From Candidatus Latescibacterota bacterium (GTDB lineage: Bacteria > Latescibacterota > UBA2968 > UBA8231), in NCBI GenBank assembly GCA_965208105.1, contig OZ242318.1, forward strand, positions 1,664,001-1,728,000: a DNA stretch of 64,000 nucleotides, given 5' to 3'. The notes below the pieces were generated by a model. The model did not search any database. It had not been told where the DNA came from and worked only from the letters and a program-made list of their open reading frames with translations. Below, piece after piece: positions 37,950-47,840 of the stretch (the stretch's first letter is position 1; every line of letters starts with the position of its first letter). Position numbers and translations under genes: made by a program.

Positions 37950-39697
37950 AGTTCCCGGCCGATGTAGGCTATGTGGCCCTGCTCGTTTCCTCTCTCCTCG
38001 CCAGCGGCTGCGGCTCCATTGGGGAGGACCGGGAGCCGGCGGGAGAAGAAGGCAAGCCGGACCCCGCGCCCTGGTTCGATGAGGTGGCCGCAGCGCGCGG
38101 GATCGATTTCGTCTTCGAGTCCGGACACCGGGAGCGCCACTACATGCCCGAGAGCATGGCCGGCGGCGGAGCCCTCTTCGACATGGACGGGGACGGGGAC
38201 CTGGACGCCTACCTGGTGCAGGGGGGAAGGCTGGACGCCCTCCCCCGGGAGCGCCCCGGCAACCGGCTCTACCGCAACCTGGGTGGAGGCCGCTTCGCCG
38301 ACGTCACCGCAGGCAGCGGCGCCGACGACCGCGGCTACGGCATGGGGGCGGCCACCGGCGACTACGACAACGACGGCGACATGGACCTCTACGTCACCAA
38401 CGTGGGCGCCAACGTGCTGCTGCAGAACCAGGGCGGGGGACGCTTCGCCGACGTCACCGCATCCGCCGCCGTCGGCGATACCGCGTGGGGGGCGAGCGCC
38501 ATGTTCCTCGACTACGACAACGACGGCGACCTCGACCTCTTCGCCACCAACTACGTCACCTGGTCCATCCACCGCGACAAGGTCTGCCTGGGGCCGCTGG
38601 GGGCCCCCACCTACTGTCCCCCGGGACGCTCCAGGTGGAGCAATCCCACTCCCGACGTTCTCTATCGCAACAACGGCGACGGCACCTTCTCCGACGTTTC
38701 CGCGGAGTCGGGCATAGCCTCGGCCAAAGGCAACGGTCTCGGGGTGGTCAGCGGCGACTTTGACAACGACGGCCGCACCGATATCTTTGTCGCCAACGAC
38801 GGCACCGTGAACCACCTCTGGCTCAACCAGGGAGACGGCAGCTTCGTCGAGGACGCCATGCTGCGCGGCTGCGCCCGCGACGAGAGCGGCCAGGTCAAGG
38901 CCGGCATGGGGGTGGCCTCCGAGGACGTGGACGGCGACCTCAACTTCGACCTGCTGGTGGTCAACCTGCGCCAGCAAACGGATTCATTCTACCGCAACCG
39001 GGGAGCGTTCTTCAGCGACGAGACCGCGGCCGCGGGACTGGTCCTGGACAGCTTCGCCCTGACCCGCTTCGGGGTCGGGTTCACCGACTTCGACAACGAC
39101 GGGCTGCTGGACCTGTACATCGCCAACGGCCGCATCGACAACAGCAACAAAGTGATGTTCTCCTCCGATATCTTCGCCGAGCCCAACCTGCTGCTGCGCG
39201 GCCGACCGGGACTGCGCTTCCAGAAGGTGGAGCCCATGGGCGGGACCCGCGAGCTCCTGGTGCACACCAGCCGCGCCGCGGCCTTCGGCGACGTGGACGA
39301 CGACGGCGGCGTCGACGTGCTGGTGGTAAACCGCGACGGCCCCACCTACCTGCTGCGCAACGCGGTGGGAGGCAGGGGCGCCTGGATTGCCTTCGAGGTG
39401 CTCGATGCCGGGGGCAGCCCCTCCCTGGGCGCCAGACTCACCTTCAAGGTGGAAGAAAGGAAACTGATCAGGGAGGTGCGCACCGCCTACAGCTACCTGG
39501 CCGCCAGCGACCCCCGCGTTCACGTGGGCCTGGGCGGCGCCGGCGGGGTGTCGGAGGTGGAGGTGCGCTGGCCCGAGGGGCAAAGGGAATGGTTCGGCGA
39601 TTACGAGGCCGGCCAACGGGTGGTGCTGCGCCGCGGCCTCGGGCGAACCGGGCACCAGGCCGGCGCGAATGCAGCCAGCGTCCCGTCGCAGAGATAG
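37946..39697 (+). CDS. CRTAC1 / ASPIC-UnbV family FG-GAP repeat lipoprotein
   Basis: Lipobox LASGC, repeated D(Y/F)DNDG.xDL and LYRNxGxG.F.DV motifs, C-terminal SYLAASDPRVHVGLG...VRWP. Confidence 0.92.
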   Translation: MKFPADVGYVALLVSSLLASGCGSIGEDREPAGEEGKPDPAPWFDEVAAARGIDFVFESGHRERHYMPESMAGGGALFDMDGDGDLDAYLVQGGRLDALPRERPGNRLYRNLGGGRFADVTAGSGADDRGYGMGAATGDYDNDGDMDLYVTNVGANVLLQNQGGGRFADVTASAAVGDTAWGASAMFLDYDNDGDLDLFATNYVTWSIHRDKVCLGPLGAPTYCPPGRSRWSNPTPDVLYRNNGDGTFSDVSAESGIASAKGNGLGVVSGDFDNDGRTDIFVANDGTVNHLWLNQGDGSFVEDAMLRGCARDESGQVKAGMGVASEDVDGDLNFDLLVVNLRQQTDSFYRNRGAFFSDETAAAGLVLDSFALTRFGVGFTDFDNDGLLDLYIANGRIDNSNKVMFSSDIFAEPNLLLRGRPGLRFQKVEPMGGTRELLVHTSRAAAFGDVDDDGGVDVLVVNRDGPTYLLRNAVGGRGAWIAFEVLDAGGSPSLGARLTFKVEERKLIREVRTAYSYLAASDPRVHVGLGGAGGVSEVEVRWPEGQREWFGDYEAGQRVVLRRGLGRTGHQAGANAASVPSQR

Positions 39698-39754
39698 GTT
39701 GACGAAATTGGGCCGCCGAGGGGCCCGGCTCACAAACGCAACAGGAGAGACGCC

Positions 39755-40576
39755 ATGAAGACCGAACTGAGGCAGGAGCAGATCGATTCCTACCAGCGCG
39801 AAGGCTGGATCATCGTCGAGGACTTCCTCGACGCCGCAGAGCTGCAGGAGCTCTGCGACGGGGTGGAGGAATCGGTGCGGCAGATGGGCAACAGAAAGAT
39901 CACCGGCAAGGGCAACGAGATGATCGTCGACGGCAGGGACGAGTACTACGATCGGGTCTTCCTGCAGCGCCTGAACATGTGGAGGATCAACCCCACGGTC
40001 AGGAAGTACATGCTCGACCCCGGGCTCGGGGAGATGCTCTGCAAGCTCTCCGGAAACGACGGCATCCGCGTGTGGCACGACCAGACTCTGCAAAAGCGTC
40101 CCTGGGACAACCCCACCTCGTGGCACATAGACGTTCCCAACTGGTCATTCCACTCGCCCAACGCCATCTCCATCTGGATCGCCATGGACGACGCCACCGT
40201 CCAGAACGGCTGTCTCTACTACATTCCCGGCTCGCACAAGATCGCCAAATACGAAAAGAAGGGTCACTTTCGCCACCAGATCGACTTCCTCTTCGAGGAG
40301 TACCCCGAGTTCCGCCGCATCGAGCCGGTGGCCGCCGCCATGAAAGCCGGCTCGGCGGGCATCCACAACGGCCTCATGGCGCACGCGGCCGGACCGAACA
40401 TGACTCATTCCCCGCGCCGCGCCATGACCTGCGCCTACATGCCCGACGGTGCGGTCTTCAACGGCATTCCGAACATCCTCACCGACGAGCAGGTGGCCTC
40501 TCTCAACCCCGGCGACCCGCTCGACGACGAGAGCCAGACCCCCCTGGTGTGGTCGCGCCACAAGGCCCCGGCCTGA
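39755..40576 (+). CDS. PhyH-family dioxygenase
   Basis: YQREGW, WHID, WIAMDDATVQNGCLYYIPGSH, HAAGPN and RRA. Confidence 0.9.
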   Translation: MKTELRQEQIDSYQREGWIIVEDFLDAAELQELCDGVEESVRQMGNRKITGKGNEMIVDGRDEYYDRVFLQRLNMWRINPTVRKYMLDPGLGEMLCKLSGNDGIRVWHDQTLQKRPWDNPTSWHIDVPNWSFHSPNAISIWIAMDDATVQNGCLYYIPGSHKIAKYEKKGHFRHQIDFLFEEYPEFRRIEPVAAAMKAGSAGIHNGLMAHAAGPNMTHSPRRAMTCAYMPDGAVFNGIPNILTDEQVASLNPGDPLDDESQTPLVWSRHKAPA

Positions 40577-40705
40577 TGGCTCTCGCCCGGTCCGGGAATG
40601 GCAGCCGACGACCGGGATTCCCGGGAAGTTTCAGCTTGGCCGCCGGTCCGCGGCGGCGGAGCGGAATGCCTGCCGGATCCCTGACAACCAGGAGGTGATC
40701 GACCC

Positions 40706-41494
40706 ATGCTCAGCCTTTCGGCGGACGACATCCGCTTCTTCAAAAGGGAAGGTTACCTGGTAAAGCGCGGCGTCCTCGATCCCGCGCTCATGGAGCGGGC
40801 GCGGGAGGCCATGTGGGAGGCGGCTCCTCCCGAGCTCGACCGCGACGATCCGGACACCTGGATCGGACCTCTGCCCAAGCGCAGCGACGAACACCGGAAC
40901 TACATCAGCGGCTACTACTGGAAATACCGCCAGATCGGCGCCGAGGACTGGATGGTGCGGCTGCTGGCCACCGACCCTTCGGTCTGGTGCGCCGCCGAGC
41001 GCCTGCTGGGCAAGAGCACCCTGCAGCAGCCCGAGCGCGTGCGCGGCATCTACTGCAACCTGCCAGAGGGCGGCGCTCCGGACAGCCCCCGCACCTGCCA
41101 CCTCGACGGCCACCCATTCCACCTCGGAGTGGTGGGCTATATCGACCGGGTTCCACCCCTGGGCGGCGGTTTCAAAGTCTGGGCCGGCAGCCACCGGCGC
41201 TTCTACTTCGACTATCACTGCCGCTACGGCAACCGCCCCACGGCGGACCTGGAGGAGGACCTGGCCTTCTACAACCGCCGCCCCTGCGTCGACATCGACG
41301 GCGAGGCCGGTGACGTCGTGTTCTGGCACCACCGCCTCGGACACGGATCGGGCCACAACCGCTCGCGCCGGATCCGCCTGGCGGTGTTCCACGACTACCT
41401 CAAGAAGGACCTGGACGAGAAGGTGGAGGCTCCCCTGCCCGAGGACATGTGGGAGGACTGGTCGGAGGAAGTCCGGAACGCTGACGCCTATTGA
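40706..41494 (+). CDS. PhyH-family dioxygenase
   Basis: FFKREGYLV, HLDG, GGGFKVWAGSH, GEAGDVVFWHHRLGH and RIR. Confidence 0.85.
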   Translation: MLSLSADDIRFFKREGYLVKRGVLDPALMERAREAMWEAAPPELDRDDPDTWIGPLPKRSDEHRNYISGYYWKYRQIGAEDWMVRLLATDPSVWCAAERLLGKSTLQQPERVRGIYCNLPEGGAPDSPRTCHLDGHPFHLGVVGYIDRVPPLGGGFKVWAGSHRRFYFDYHCRYGNRPTADLEEDLAFYNRRPCVDIDGEAGDVVFWHHRLGHGSGHNRSRRIRLAVFHDYLKKDLDEKVEAPLPEDMWEDWSEEVRNADAY

Positions 41495-42627
41495 CCGGAC
41501 CCGGCCTGACCGGCGTCTTCGCTCTGCTCGAGCCCCATGAAGCGGGCCATATTTCCCCCGAGGATGAGATCCATGTCGGCGGCGCCGATGAAGTCGCAGT
41601 AGCTGCGGATGTAGTCCAGGCTCTGGCGGTAGGTCCAGTGCAGCAGCACGATGGGTATGTCGGTTCCCCACATGATGCGCTCGGCGCCGATGCGCTCCAC
41701 CATGGTCTCCAGGGTCGGCCGCATCTGCGGCATGGGATAGTCCCAGCGCGACTGCAGGAAGACGGCGAAGAGGATCTGGATGTGGAAGCTGGGATGGTCG
41801 AGAGGGACCTCCTCGTAGACCGCGTCGGGCACCTCCAGCTTCTCCTCGTCGGCGAAGAGGCGCCAGGGGAAGCCGTGGGTAAGGACCACCGGCACGTCGG
41901 GATAGCGCTCCATCCAGCGCCGCAGAGCCCGCAGCTCGTCGAGATAGGCCTCGGGGAATGCGCCGCCGCCGACGGTGAAGAATACCGGGATATTCAGCGC
42001 CTCCACCGCCTCCCAGTAAGGCTCGAAGCCCCCGCCCTCCCAGGACTCGGCCTGGCCGTAGAGGGGACGGTGAAAGGCCATGAACTGCAGCCCCGCCAGC
42101 CCCAGCTCCCCGATCGCCCGCTCCAGCTTGCGGATGCAGGCGTCGGTCTCCGACTCGATCTTCCACTCCTCCACGTAGGCCAGCCCTTGAATTCGCTGCG
42201 GATAGCGGCGCGCGCAGGCGGCGATGAACTCGTTGGAAAGCCCCATGTAGGGCGTGCGGTGGAGCAGGGCGCGGTCGACCCCGGCGTAGTCCATCTCGGC
42301 CACCAGGCTCTCGGCGGGGTAGGCGAAATCCACGATCCACGGCGGCAGGGCCTGCTTGACGTAGTCCTCGCCGGCGGCGGTCCACTGCACCAGACCGTGG
42401 GGCCCGGTGCGGAAGCCGGCCTCCTTGAGGGCGTCGAAGCTCCATCCCCGCTGCAGGTCGACGAGGCCGCTGACGTCGGCCGGGGCGCGGTCGCGGCGGC
42501 GCCAGCACGGCTGCTGCCGCGCCAGGGCCATGAACAACTGCAGGTGGCGGTGGAATTCCGCCGGGTCCTCGAATCCCCCGTGCTCCCGCGGCGGCGGAAA
42601 GCAGTAGGCGTGCCCGTCGTAGATCAT
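41488..42627 (-). CDS. Amidohydrolase_2 family metallohydrolase
   Basis: YDGHAY, EMDYAGVDRA, VLTHG, RIMWGTDIP and ILGGN. Confidence 0.85.
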   Translation of the reverse strand: MIYDGHAYCFPPPREHGGFEDPAEFHRHLQLFMALARQQPCWRRRDRAPADVSGLVDLQRGWSFDALKEAGFRTGPHGLVQWTAAGEDYVKQALPPWIVDFAYPAESLVAEMDYAGVDRALLHRTPYMGLSNEFIAACARRYPQRIQGLAYVEEWKIESETDACIRKLERAIGELGLAGLQFMAFHRPLYGQAESWEGGGFEPYWEAVEALNIPVFFTVGGGAFPEAYLDELRALRRWMERYPDVPVVLTHGFPWRLFADEEKLEVPDAVYEEVPLDHPSFHIQILFAVFLQSRWDYPMPQMRPTLETMVERIGAERIMWGTDIPIVLLHWTYRQSLDYIRSYCDFIGAADMDLILGGNMARFMGLEQSEDAGQAGSGQ

Positions 42628-42643
42628 TGCCTCGTTCCTTTCG

Positions 42644-44098
42644 CTATTGCCTGTGGGAGCCGACCCGGTAGGAGTACAGGCTGGCGGCGTTGTCCGCCTG
42701 CATGTGCAGCCGGATCCTCCTGCCGATGAAGGGAGTCAGGTCGCGGCGCTCCTTCCCCCAGGTGATCTCGAAGTCGGTGGAGTCGCCCCGCACCAGCCCG
42801 TTGCACTCATCCAGCGAGTAGCCCCCGGGCACCTCCATGTCGTCGACGACCCGCAGGCGCAGTTGGCCGAAGAGCACCAGGGCGTTGACCGAGAGCCGCG
42901 GTCCGCCGACGAGAATGGGCTCGGTCATCAGCTCGCCTCCGCCGATGCCGCAGCGCATCGCGGCGAAGGCGTCCCTGCGCAGGGTCAGCATTCCGATGGA
43001 ACTGTGGAAGTTGCCCCCGGTTCCGTGTCCCTGGGGTTTGCCAGAGTAGCCCATGTAGAGGGTGTCCCCTTTCAGGGCGGGCGCGCTCAGGCCGCAGGCC
43101 GCCCAGCCGCCGTCCCATGATCCGGGAGGACCCACCGAAAAAAACTCCTCGCGGCGGCCGACCCGCTGCCAGTGCTCGACCTCGCGCGCCGAGGCCAGCT
43201 CCATGGCGCTCAGCTCGGTGGGATGCCAGACCCACAGTACGCCCAGGTACTGGTTGCCGTAGACGAAGGGCACCATCTGGTAGAGCTGGATGTCGGGGGG
43301 GTCCATGTCGTCCGGTTTGAGCACGGTCTTCAGTGGGGTCCAGTGGACGAAGTCGGCGCTGGTGGACAGGGCGATTACGCGGCGGTACTTCTTCCACTCC
43401 AGGACGAAGTGGTCCATGAGGGAGTTGTAGCGCCGCGAGGCGGAGATGTAGCCCTGCCCGATGGGATCGCAGGCCAGCACCCCGGCGTCGCCGGCGCGCG
43501 GGACCAGGAGCCCCTCCTCCGGGTTCCAGTGGATCCCGTCGGCGGAGCAGCAGGCGAACATGCCGTGGCTGTCGGCCACCGACTTCATGAAAAGGCCCCG
43601 GGCCTGGGGGTCCTCCGGACCCGGGCTTCCCCCGGGCTGAATGTACAGACCCAGCTTGTAGCGCCGCGCCGGGTCCTCTTCCAGGGGGTCCACCACAACC
43701 CCCCAGGGGTCGCCCCTGGTGGCCAGCACGATGTTGTTGTCCTTGGACCCACGGAACTCGACCAGGCCCAGCTCGGGCCGCTCCCAGCGGACGCCGTCGC
43801 TGGAGGTGGCGTAGCAGAGGAAGGTGGGAGCGCCGGCGTGCATCTCCTCGATGCTGCAGGACCAGGTCCAGTACCACATCTTGAAGAGGTTTTCCTCCGC
43901 CTCGTAGTGCAGGCCGCCCTTGATCTGCACGGTGCGGCCCTCCCATGGCCGTTCCGGCCTCAGCACCGGCTCCGTCTGCACCCTCGCGGGTCGCTGCACC
44001 TTGCGCAGAAAGCCGGGATGGTCCTGCACCTCGGCGTCGTCGACGAAGAGGTGCAATCCGGGGTCGTAGAGACCGCTCCCGTTTCCGTCCTCTGTCAT
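42644..44098 (-). CDS. Beta-propeller glycoside hydrolase-like protein
   Basis: HLFVDD, PERPWE, YATSSDGVRWERPELGLVEFRGSKDNN, SADGIHW, LRRDAF and LYSY. Confidence 0.7.
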   Translation of the reverse strand: MTEDGNGSGLYDPGLHLFVDDAEVQDHPGFLRKVQRPARVQTEPVLRPERPWEGRTVQIKGGLHYEAEENLFKMWYWTWSCSIEEMHAGAPTFLCYATSSDGVRWERPELGLVEFRGSKDNNIVLATRGDPWGVVVDPLEEDPARRYKLGLYIQPGGSPGPEDPQARGLFMKSVADSHGMFACCSADGIHWNPEEGLLVPRAGDAGVLACDPIGQGYISASRRYNSLMDHFVLEWKKYRRVIALSTSADFVHWTPLKTVLKPDDMDPPDIQLYQMVPFVYGNQYLGVLWVWHPTELSAMELASAREVEHWQRVGRREEFFSVGPPGSWDGGWAACGLSAPALKGDTLYMGYSGKPQGHGTGGNFHSSIGMLTLRRDAFAAMRCGIGGGELMTEPILVGGPRLSVNALVLFGQLRLRVVDDMEVPGGYSLDECNGLVRGDSTDFEITWGKERRDLTPFIGRRIRLHMQADNAASLYSYRVGSHRQ

Positions 44099-44174
44099 TC
44101 CCTTCCTTTCACCAAGTCGAGGCCGCGGCCGCTGGGCGGCCTGCGGTTCCTCGTCTTCCTCCGAAGGCCCGTTC

Positions 44175-44924
44175 TCACTCGGGACCTTCCTCCTCCATCC
44201 GCATGAGGGTGGACTCGTCGCGCCAGCGCGGACTGGTCTTCTCCATCTCCCTGGTGCGCCGGGCCAGGCACGAGCAGTTCTGCGCCAGCACCTCGAAGAT
44301 CCGGTTGGCGACGATGCGGTGCCCCAGGTCGTTGGCGTGCACCCCGTCGTAGTGGATCATCCAGTCGGTCTCGGCGTATGCGTCGAGCAGGTCGACGAAG
44401 AGACAGTCCTCCTCCGCCGCCACCGCGGCTATTCCCCGGCTGTAGTCCCTGAAAATTTCCAGGTTGGCATGGCCGTATCCTCCCTCCCTGCCCACCTCGA
44501 AATCCCACATGTAGTAGGGCCCGGGCAACACGATCACCGGGTCCAGCCTGGCGCGCACCCGCCGCACCAGGCTCACCATCACCTCCCGGAACAGGGACCA
44601 CGACGTGCCGCCGCGGGCGTCGTTGAGCCCGTAGGAGATGACCAGCAGATCGGGGGCCTGGTCGATGACGTGGCGCTGCAGGCGCTCGTCCGCCGCCGGC
44701 TTGCCGCTGGTGGCGTAGGCGGGCGACCTGCTCGAGATCAGGTTGGCCCCGATTCCGGCGTTGAAGACCTCCAGGGGCCGCTCCTGGAAATCGTCGATCA
44801 GGGCCGCCAGCCTGGGCACCCAGCAGCGCTCCGGCGAGGTGGACCATCCTCCCGCCGTCGTGCTCTCCCCCAGGGCGACGAACCTGTTGAACTCCCCGGA
44901 GCGGTAGTCCCTTTTCGCGACCAT
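44175..44924 (-). CDS. SGNH/GDSL hydrolase
   Basis: ALGESTT, NAGIG, YGLND and DGVHANDLGH blocks. Confidence 0.9.
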   Translation of the reverse strand: MVAKRDYRSGEFNRFVALGESTTAGGWSTSPERCWVPRLAALIDDFQERPLEVFNAGIGANLISSRSPAYATSGKPAADERLQRHVIDQAPDLLVISYGLNDARGGTSWSLFREVMVSLVRRVRARLDPVIVLPGPYYMWDFEVGREGGYGHANLEIFRDYSRGIAAVAAEEDCLFVDLLDAYAETDWMIHYDGVHANDLGHRIVANRIFEVLAQNCSCLARRTREMEKTSPRWRDESTLMRMEEEGPE

Positions 44925-44925
44925 C

Positions 44926-46197
44926 CTAGTCCTCCTTCAGGCGCCAGAACTCGACGCCGTTGTCGTGCAGAATGCGGCGGGCGACCAGCAGGGCCAGCTC
45001 CACGTCGAAGTAGCCGCGCCGCACCAGGTCCGCCAGCACGTCGGCCACCAGCCCGCGGGCTACCACCAGGGAGCCGTAGCTCTGCTCCAGCATGGTGTGA
45101 TCGCCGCCCCAGGCGAAGATCTTGTTCATGGGCGCGTTCTCTATCCAGGAGGTCAGGGCTTCGCGGTAGCCGGCGTAGGAGATCCCGTGCAGCCAGCATC
45201 CGTCCACGAAGACGTTCTCGTGGTTTTGGGCCATGAGGCCGGCCTGAGTACTCCAGGGATAGCCTCCGTGGAAGAGGTCGACGCGCAGGTCCGGGTGGTT
45301 GTAGAAAAACTCGGTGAGGTGGACCGGGCTGCTGTCGCCGACATGGCTGGTCATGCCGGTGTGAATCTGCAGCGGCACGTCGGCTTCGACGCAGAGTTCG
45401 GCGAGGCGGTTCATCATGTAGTCCTGAAAGACCTTCTTCTCCTGCGGGGAAGCCTCCAGGACGCCGCGGTCGAAGATGCGCGCCGCCTCCTGCCGCGGCG
45501 GACTGTCGAAATCGAGCCGGCGGTTGTAGGCCAGGCCGCACTTGAACCCGGCCGCCCCGTTCTTCAGGCTGCGCGCGAACATCTCCTCGAAGAGCTCCAC
45601 CCACTGCTCGAAATTTCTTCCGGGGAAGTCCTCGAGGAATTTGTCGAGCCGGCGCCCTTCGTGGATGAATCCGTCGAGGCGAATGACATTGATCAGGATG
45701 TGGTCGCTGGGCTCGGTGTTGGGCAGGATGGCGAGACCGGCCTTGGCGTCGAGCACGGTGGCGGTGGTCCCCATGCGCGCGGAAAGCTCGGCGCCCCGGC
45801 CTTTGCGCTCGCGGCTGTACTCGCGAATGCGCTGCGATGCCCGGCGCCAGCCATCGCAGTAGAGATCCTTCTCCTCCACGTCGAAGAGATCGCGCAGTGA
45901 GACCAGCAGGTAGCGGTAATAAACAGTGTTGCGCACCAGCTCCAGGTAGGGAGAAATCAGGCTCCAGGCGCGCTCGGAGCCGTCCTCGAGCTGCGGATCG
46001 CCGAGGTAGTCGAAGTCCGGCGTCCGGGCCAGTCCCGCCGCCCTCAGATTGCTGCTCAGGTAGCCGTAGGAGAGGAAATAGGGCAGATCCATCTCCTGCT
46101 CGTGGTCGGTGCTGAAAGATTTCCAGCAGTGCTCGTGGTAGTTGAACACGGGCATGGCGGCGATCTCGTCGCCCAGTCGTTGGCGAATCTTGTCCAT
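44926..46197 (-). CDS. Amidohydrolase superfamily protein
   Basis: NYHEH, GFKCGLAY, QIHTG, LFHGGYP, DGCW and WGGD. Confidence 0.82.
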   Translation of the reverse strand: MDKIRQRLGDEIAAMPVFNYHEHCWKSFSTDHEQEMDLPYFLSYGYLSSNLRAAGLARTPDFDYLGDPQLEDGSERAWSLISPYLELVRNTVYYRYLLVSLRDLFDVEEKDLYCDGWRRASQRIREYSRERKGRGAELSARMGTTATVLDAKAGLAILPNTEPSDHILINVIRLDGFIHEGRRLDKFLEDFPGRNFEQWVELFEEMFARSLKNGAAGFKCGLAYNRRLDFDSPPRQEAARIFDRGVLEASPQEKKVFQDYMMNRLAELCVEADVPLQIHTGMTSHVGDSSPVHLTEFFYNHPDLRVDLFHGGYPWSTQAGLMAQNHENVFVDGCWLHGISYAGYREALTSWIENAPMNKIFAWGGDHTMLEQSYGSLVVARGLVADVLADLVRRGYFDVELALLVARRILHDNGVEFWRLKED

Positions 46198-46222
46198 TTT
46201 GACTCCTTGTCGTTTCCCGAGG

Positions 46223-47722
46223 TCAGCCGCCTTCGTCCACGTAAACGGCGTAAACCCGGGCGTCTTCAGCCCTGATTCCCTCCCACTTGACCCGGATGCG
46301 CACCGGGTGGTCGAATCCCTCCAACTCCTCCCGGCGGCGCCAGGTTACCGGGAGACGCATACCCTCCCCTCCGATGGGAACGCAGTCCTCCCCCGAGTAG
46401 CCGGGCATCGGCTCGAACTCGCGATTGAGGACCTCTACCCTCAGGCTGCTGTGGGGGGAGCAGGCCGCGTTCAGGTAGACCCGGGCCCCGGCCCGGGTAA
46501 GCTCGATGGGGCACGAAATGCAGTGGGGCGGCTCGATGTCTTCGGCCTCTCCGGGCGGAACGGACCCGGGCGAAGGGGCGAGAAACCCCATGCGGTCCCG
46601 GGGCCAGGTGGCCAGGCGCACCCCGGTGCGGCGCGGCGGATCGTAGCGCCAGACTCCGTACCAGAACAGGGTGCGCTCGCCCTCGTTGGCGAACCCCTGG
46701 CCCTGCAGCAGCCGCGGGGGACCATCGTCGAGCTCCTCGTAGTACGGAACGAACTTGAAATCGGGCACGGGCTCCCTGAAGTGCATGGCGTCGTTGCTGG
46801 TCACCATGCCCAGATCGCAGGTGCCGTAGCGCCGGTCGTTGGTCTCGTTGTGGTACTGCCCGTAGATGCCGACGAGCACGTTGCCCCTGTTCCACAGAGA
46901 GGCGCCCATGTGCACCTGCTCGCCGCGGTGGAGCTCGAAATCGGTGGGCGGATGGGGCGGCACCGGGTCGCGCCGGAATCCCGGGACCACGGCCTGGGTC
47001 CAGTGATCGAAGTCATAGGAAGCGTAGGTGGCCAGGGTGCGCTTGCGGGCTCCCCTGATGGGATGGGCCACGCTGCCCCCCTGTCCATTCAGGTAGTAGC
47101 AGCCGCCGAAGCTGACGAGGCCGCCGGGCTCCAGCGAGTTGCCCCTCAGTATGGGGTTGTGGGGCGATTGCTCCCAGCGCAGTCCGTCAGCGCTGAAGGC
47201 GGCGCGGATGTCGCTGGGGTCAACCTCGTAGACCATCTTGAAGCGCCGTCCGGGATTGGGGTCTTCCGGCTCGTGGATGACCAGAACGAAGTTGGCCATT
47301 TGATCCAGGGGCTGCCCGGCCTCGGCGAACCTCACCAAGTTGTTGGCCTTGTGTCCGTCGTAGTCCACCAGGCCGAGCTCGGTTTTCTCCCACTCCATGC
47401 CGTCCCTGGACCGGGCATGGCACACCCGCCGGACCTCGTCTTCGCCGCGGCCCAGGTACCACATCCTGAATTCGCCGTCGACCCGCAGCACGCTGCCGTA
47501 GTAGCACACCTCGCGGCAGTCGGGATCGCCGGGTCCGCCCTCGGGCACCACCACCTTGCCCGGGTGGTCCGGATCGAATCCGTGTCCCGAATTGAAATTG
47601 CTCTTGTGTCCGGGAACGAGCTCCAGCAGCAGCCCCTTGTTGAAGGGCAGGGAATAGGTGTCGAAGGAAAACAGGACCGCCTCGTCGATGGACTGCGCCG
47701 GTCCGCCATTGTGAAGTATCAC
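46223..47722 (-). CDS. Beta-propeller glycoside hydrolase-like protein
   Basis: YYGSV..GEFRMWY, SRDGMEWEKTELGLVDYDG..ANN, SADGLRW, RDRMG and GYSGEDC...VTW. Confidence 0.7.
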   Translation of the reverse strand: MILHNGGPAQSIDEAVLFSFDTYSLPFNKGLLLELVPGHKSNFNSGHGFDPDHPGKVVVPEGGPGDPDCREVCYYGSVLRVDGEFRMWYLGRGEDEVRRVCHARSRDGMEWEKTELGLVDYDGHKANNLVRFAEAGQPLDQMANFVLVIHEPEDPNPGRRFKMVYEVDPSDIRAAFSADGLRWEQSPHNPILRGNSLEPGGLVSFGGCYYLNGQGGSVAHPIRGARKRTLATYASYDFDHWTQAVVPGFRRDPVPPHPPTDFELHRGEQVHMGASLWNRGNVLVGIYGQYHNETNDRRYGTCDLGMVTSNDAMHFREPVPDFKFVPYYEELDDGPPRLLQGQGFANEGERTLFWYGVWRYDPPRRTGVRLATWPRDRMGFLAPSPGSVPPGEAEDIEPPHCISCPIELTRAGARVYLNAACSPHSSLRVEVLNREFEPMPGYSGEDCVPIGGEGMRLPVTWRRREELEGFDHPVRIRVKWEGIRAEDARVYAVYVDEGG

Positions 47723-47840
47723 AAACTGCCTCCTTTTCTGTTTCGGGAGCCGGAACCGCCGGCTGGGCGGCCGCCTGCCCCCGAGCCGTGAGCCGGGATG
47801 GATCGGCGGAATAATGGCGACATATCTCTGCGACGGGACA

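Noticed and set aside
100-39710. Recurrent TTGAC(A/G/C) near upstream stop codons as a special motif
   Set aside because: Probably ordinary -35 elements. The spacing to -10 candidates is inconsistent, so they were not called individually.
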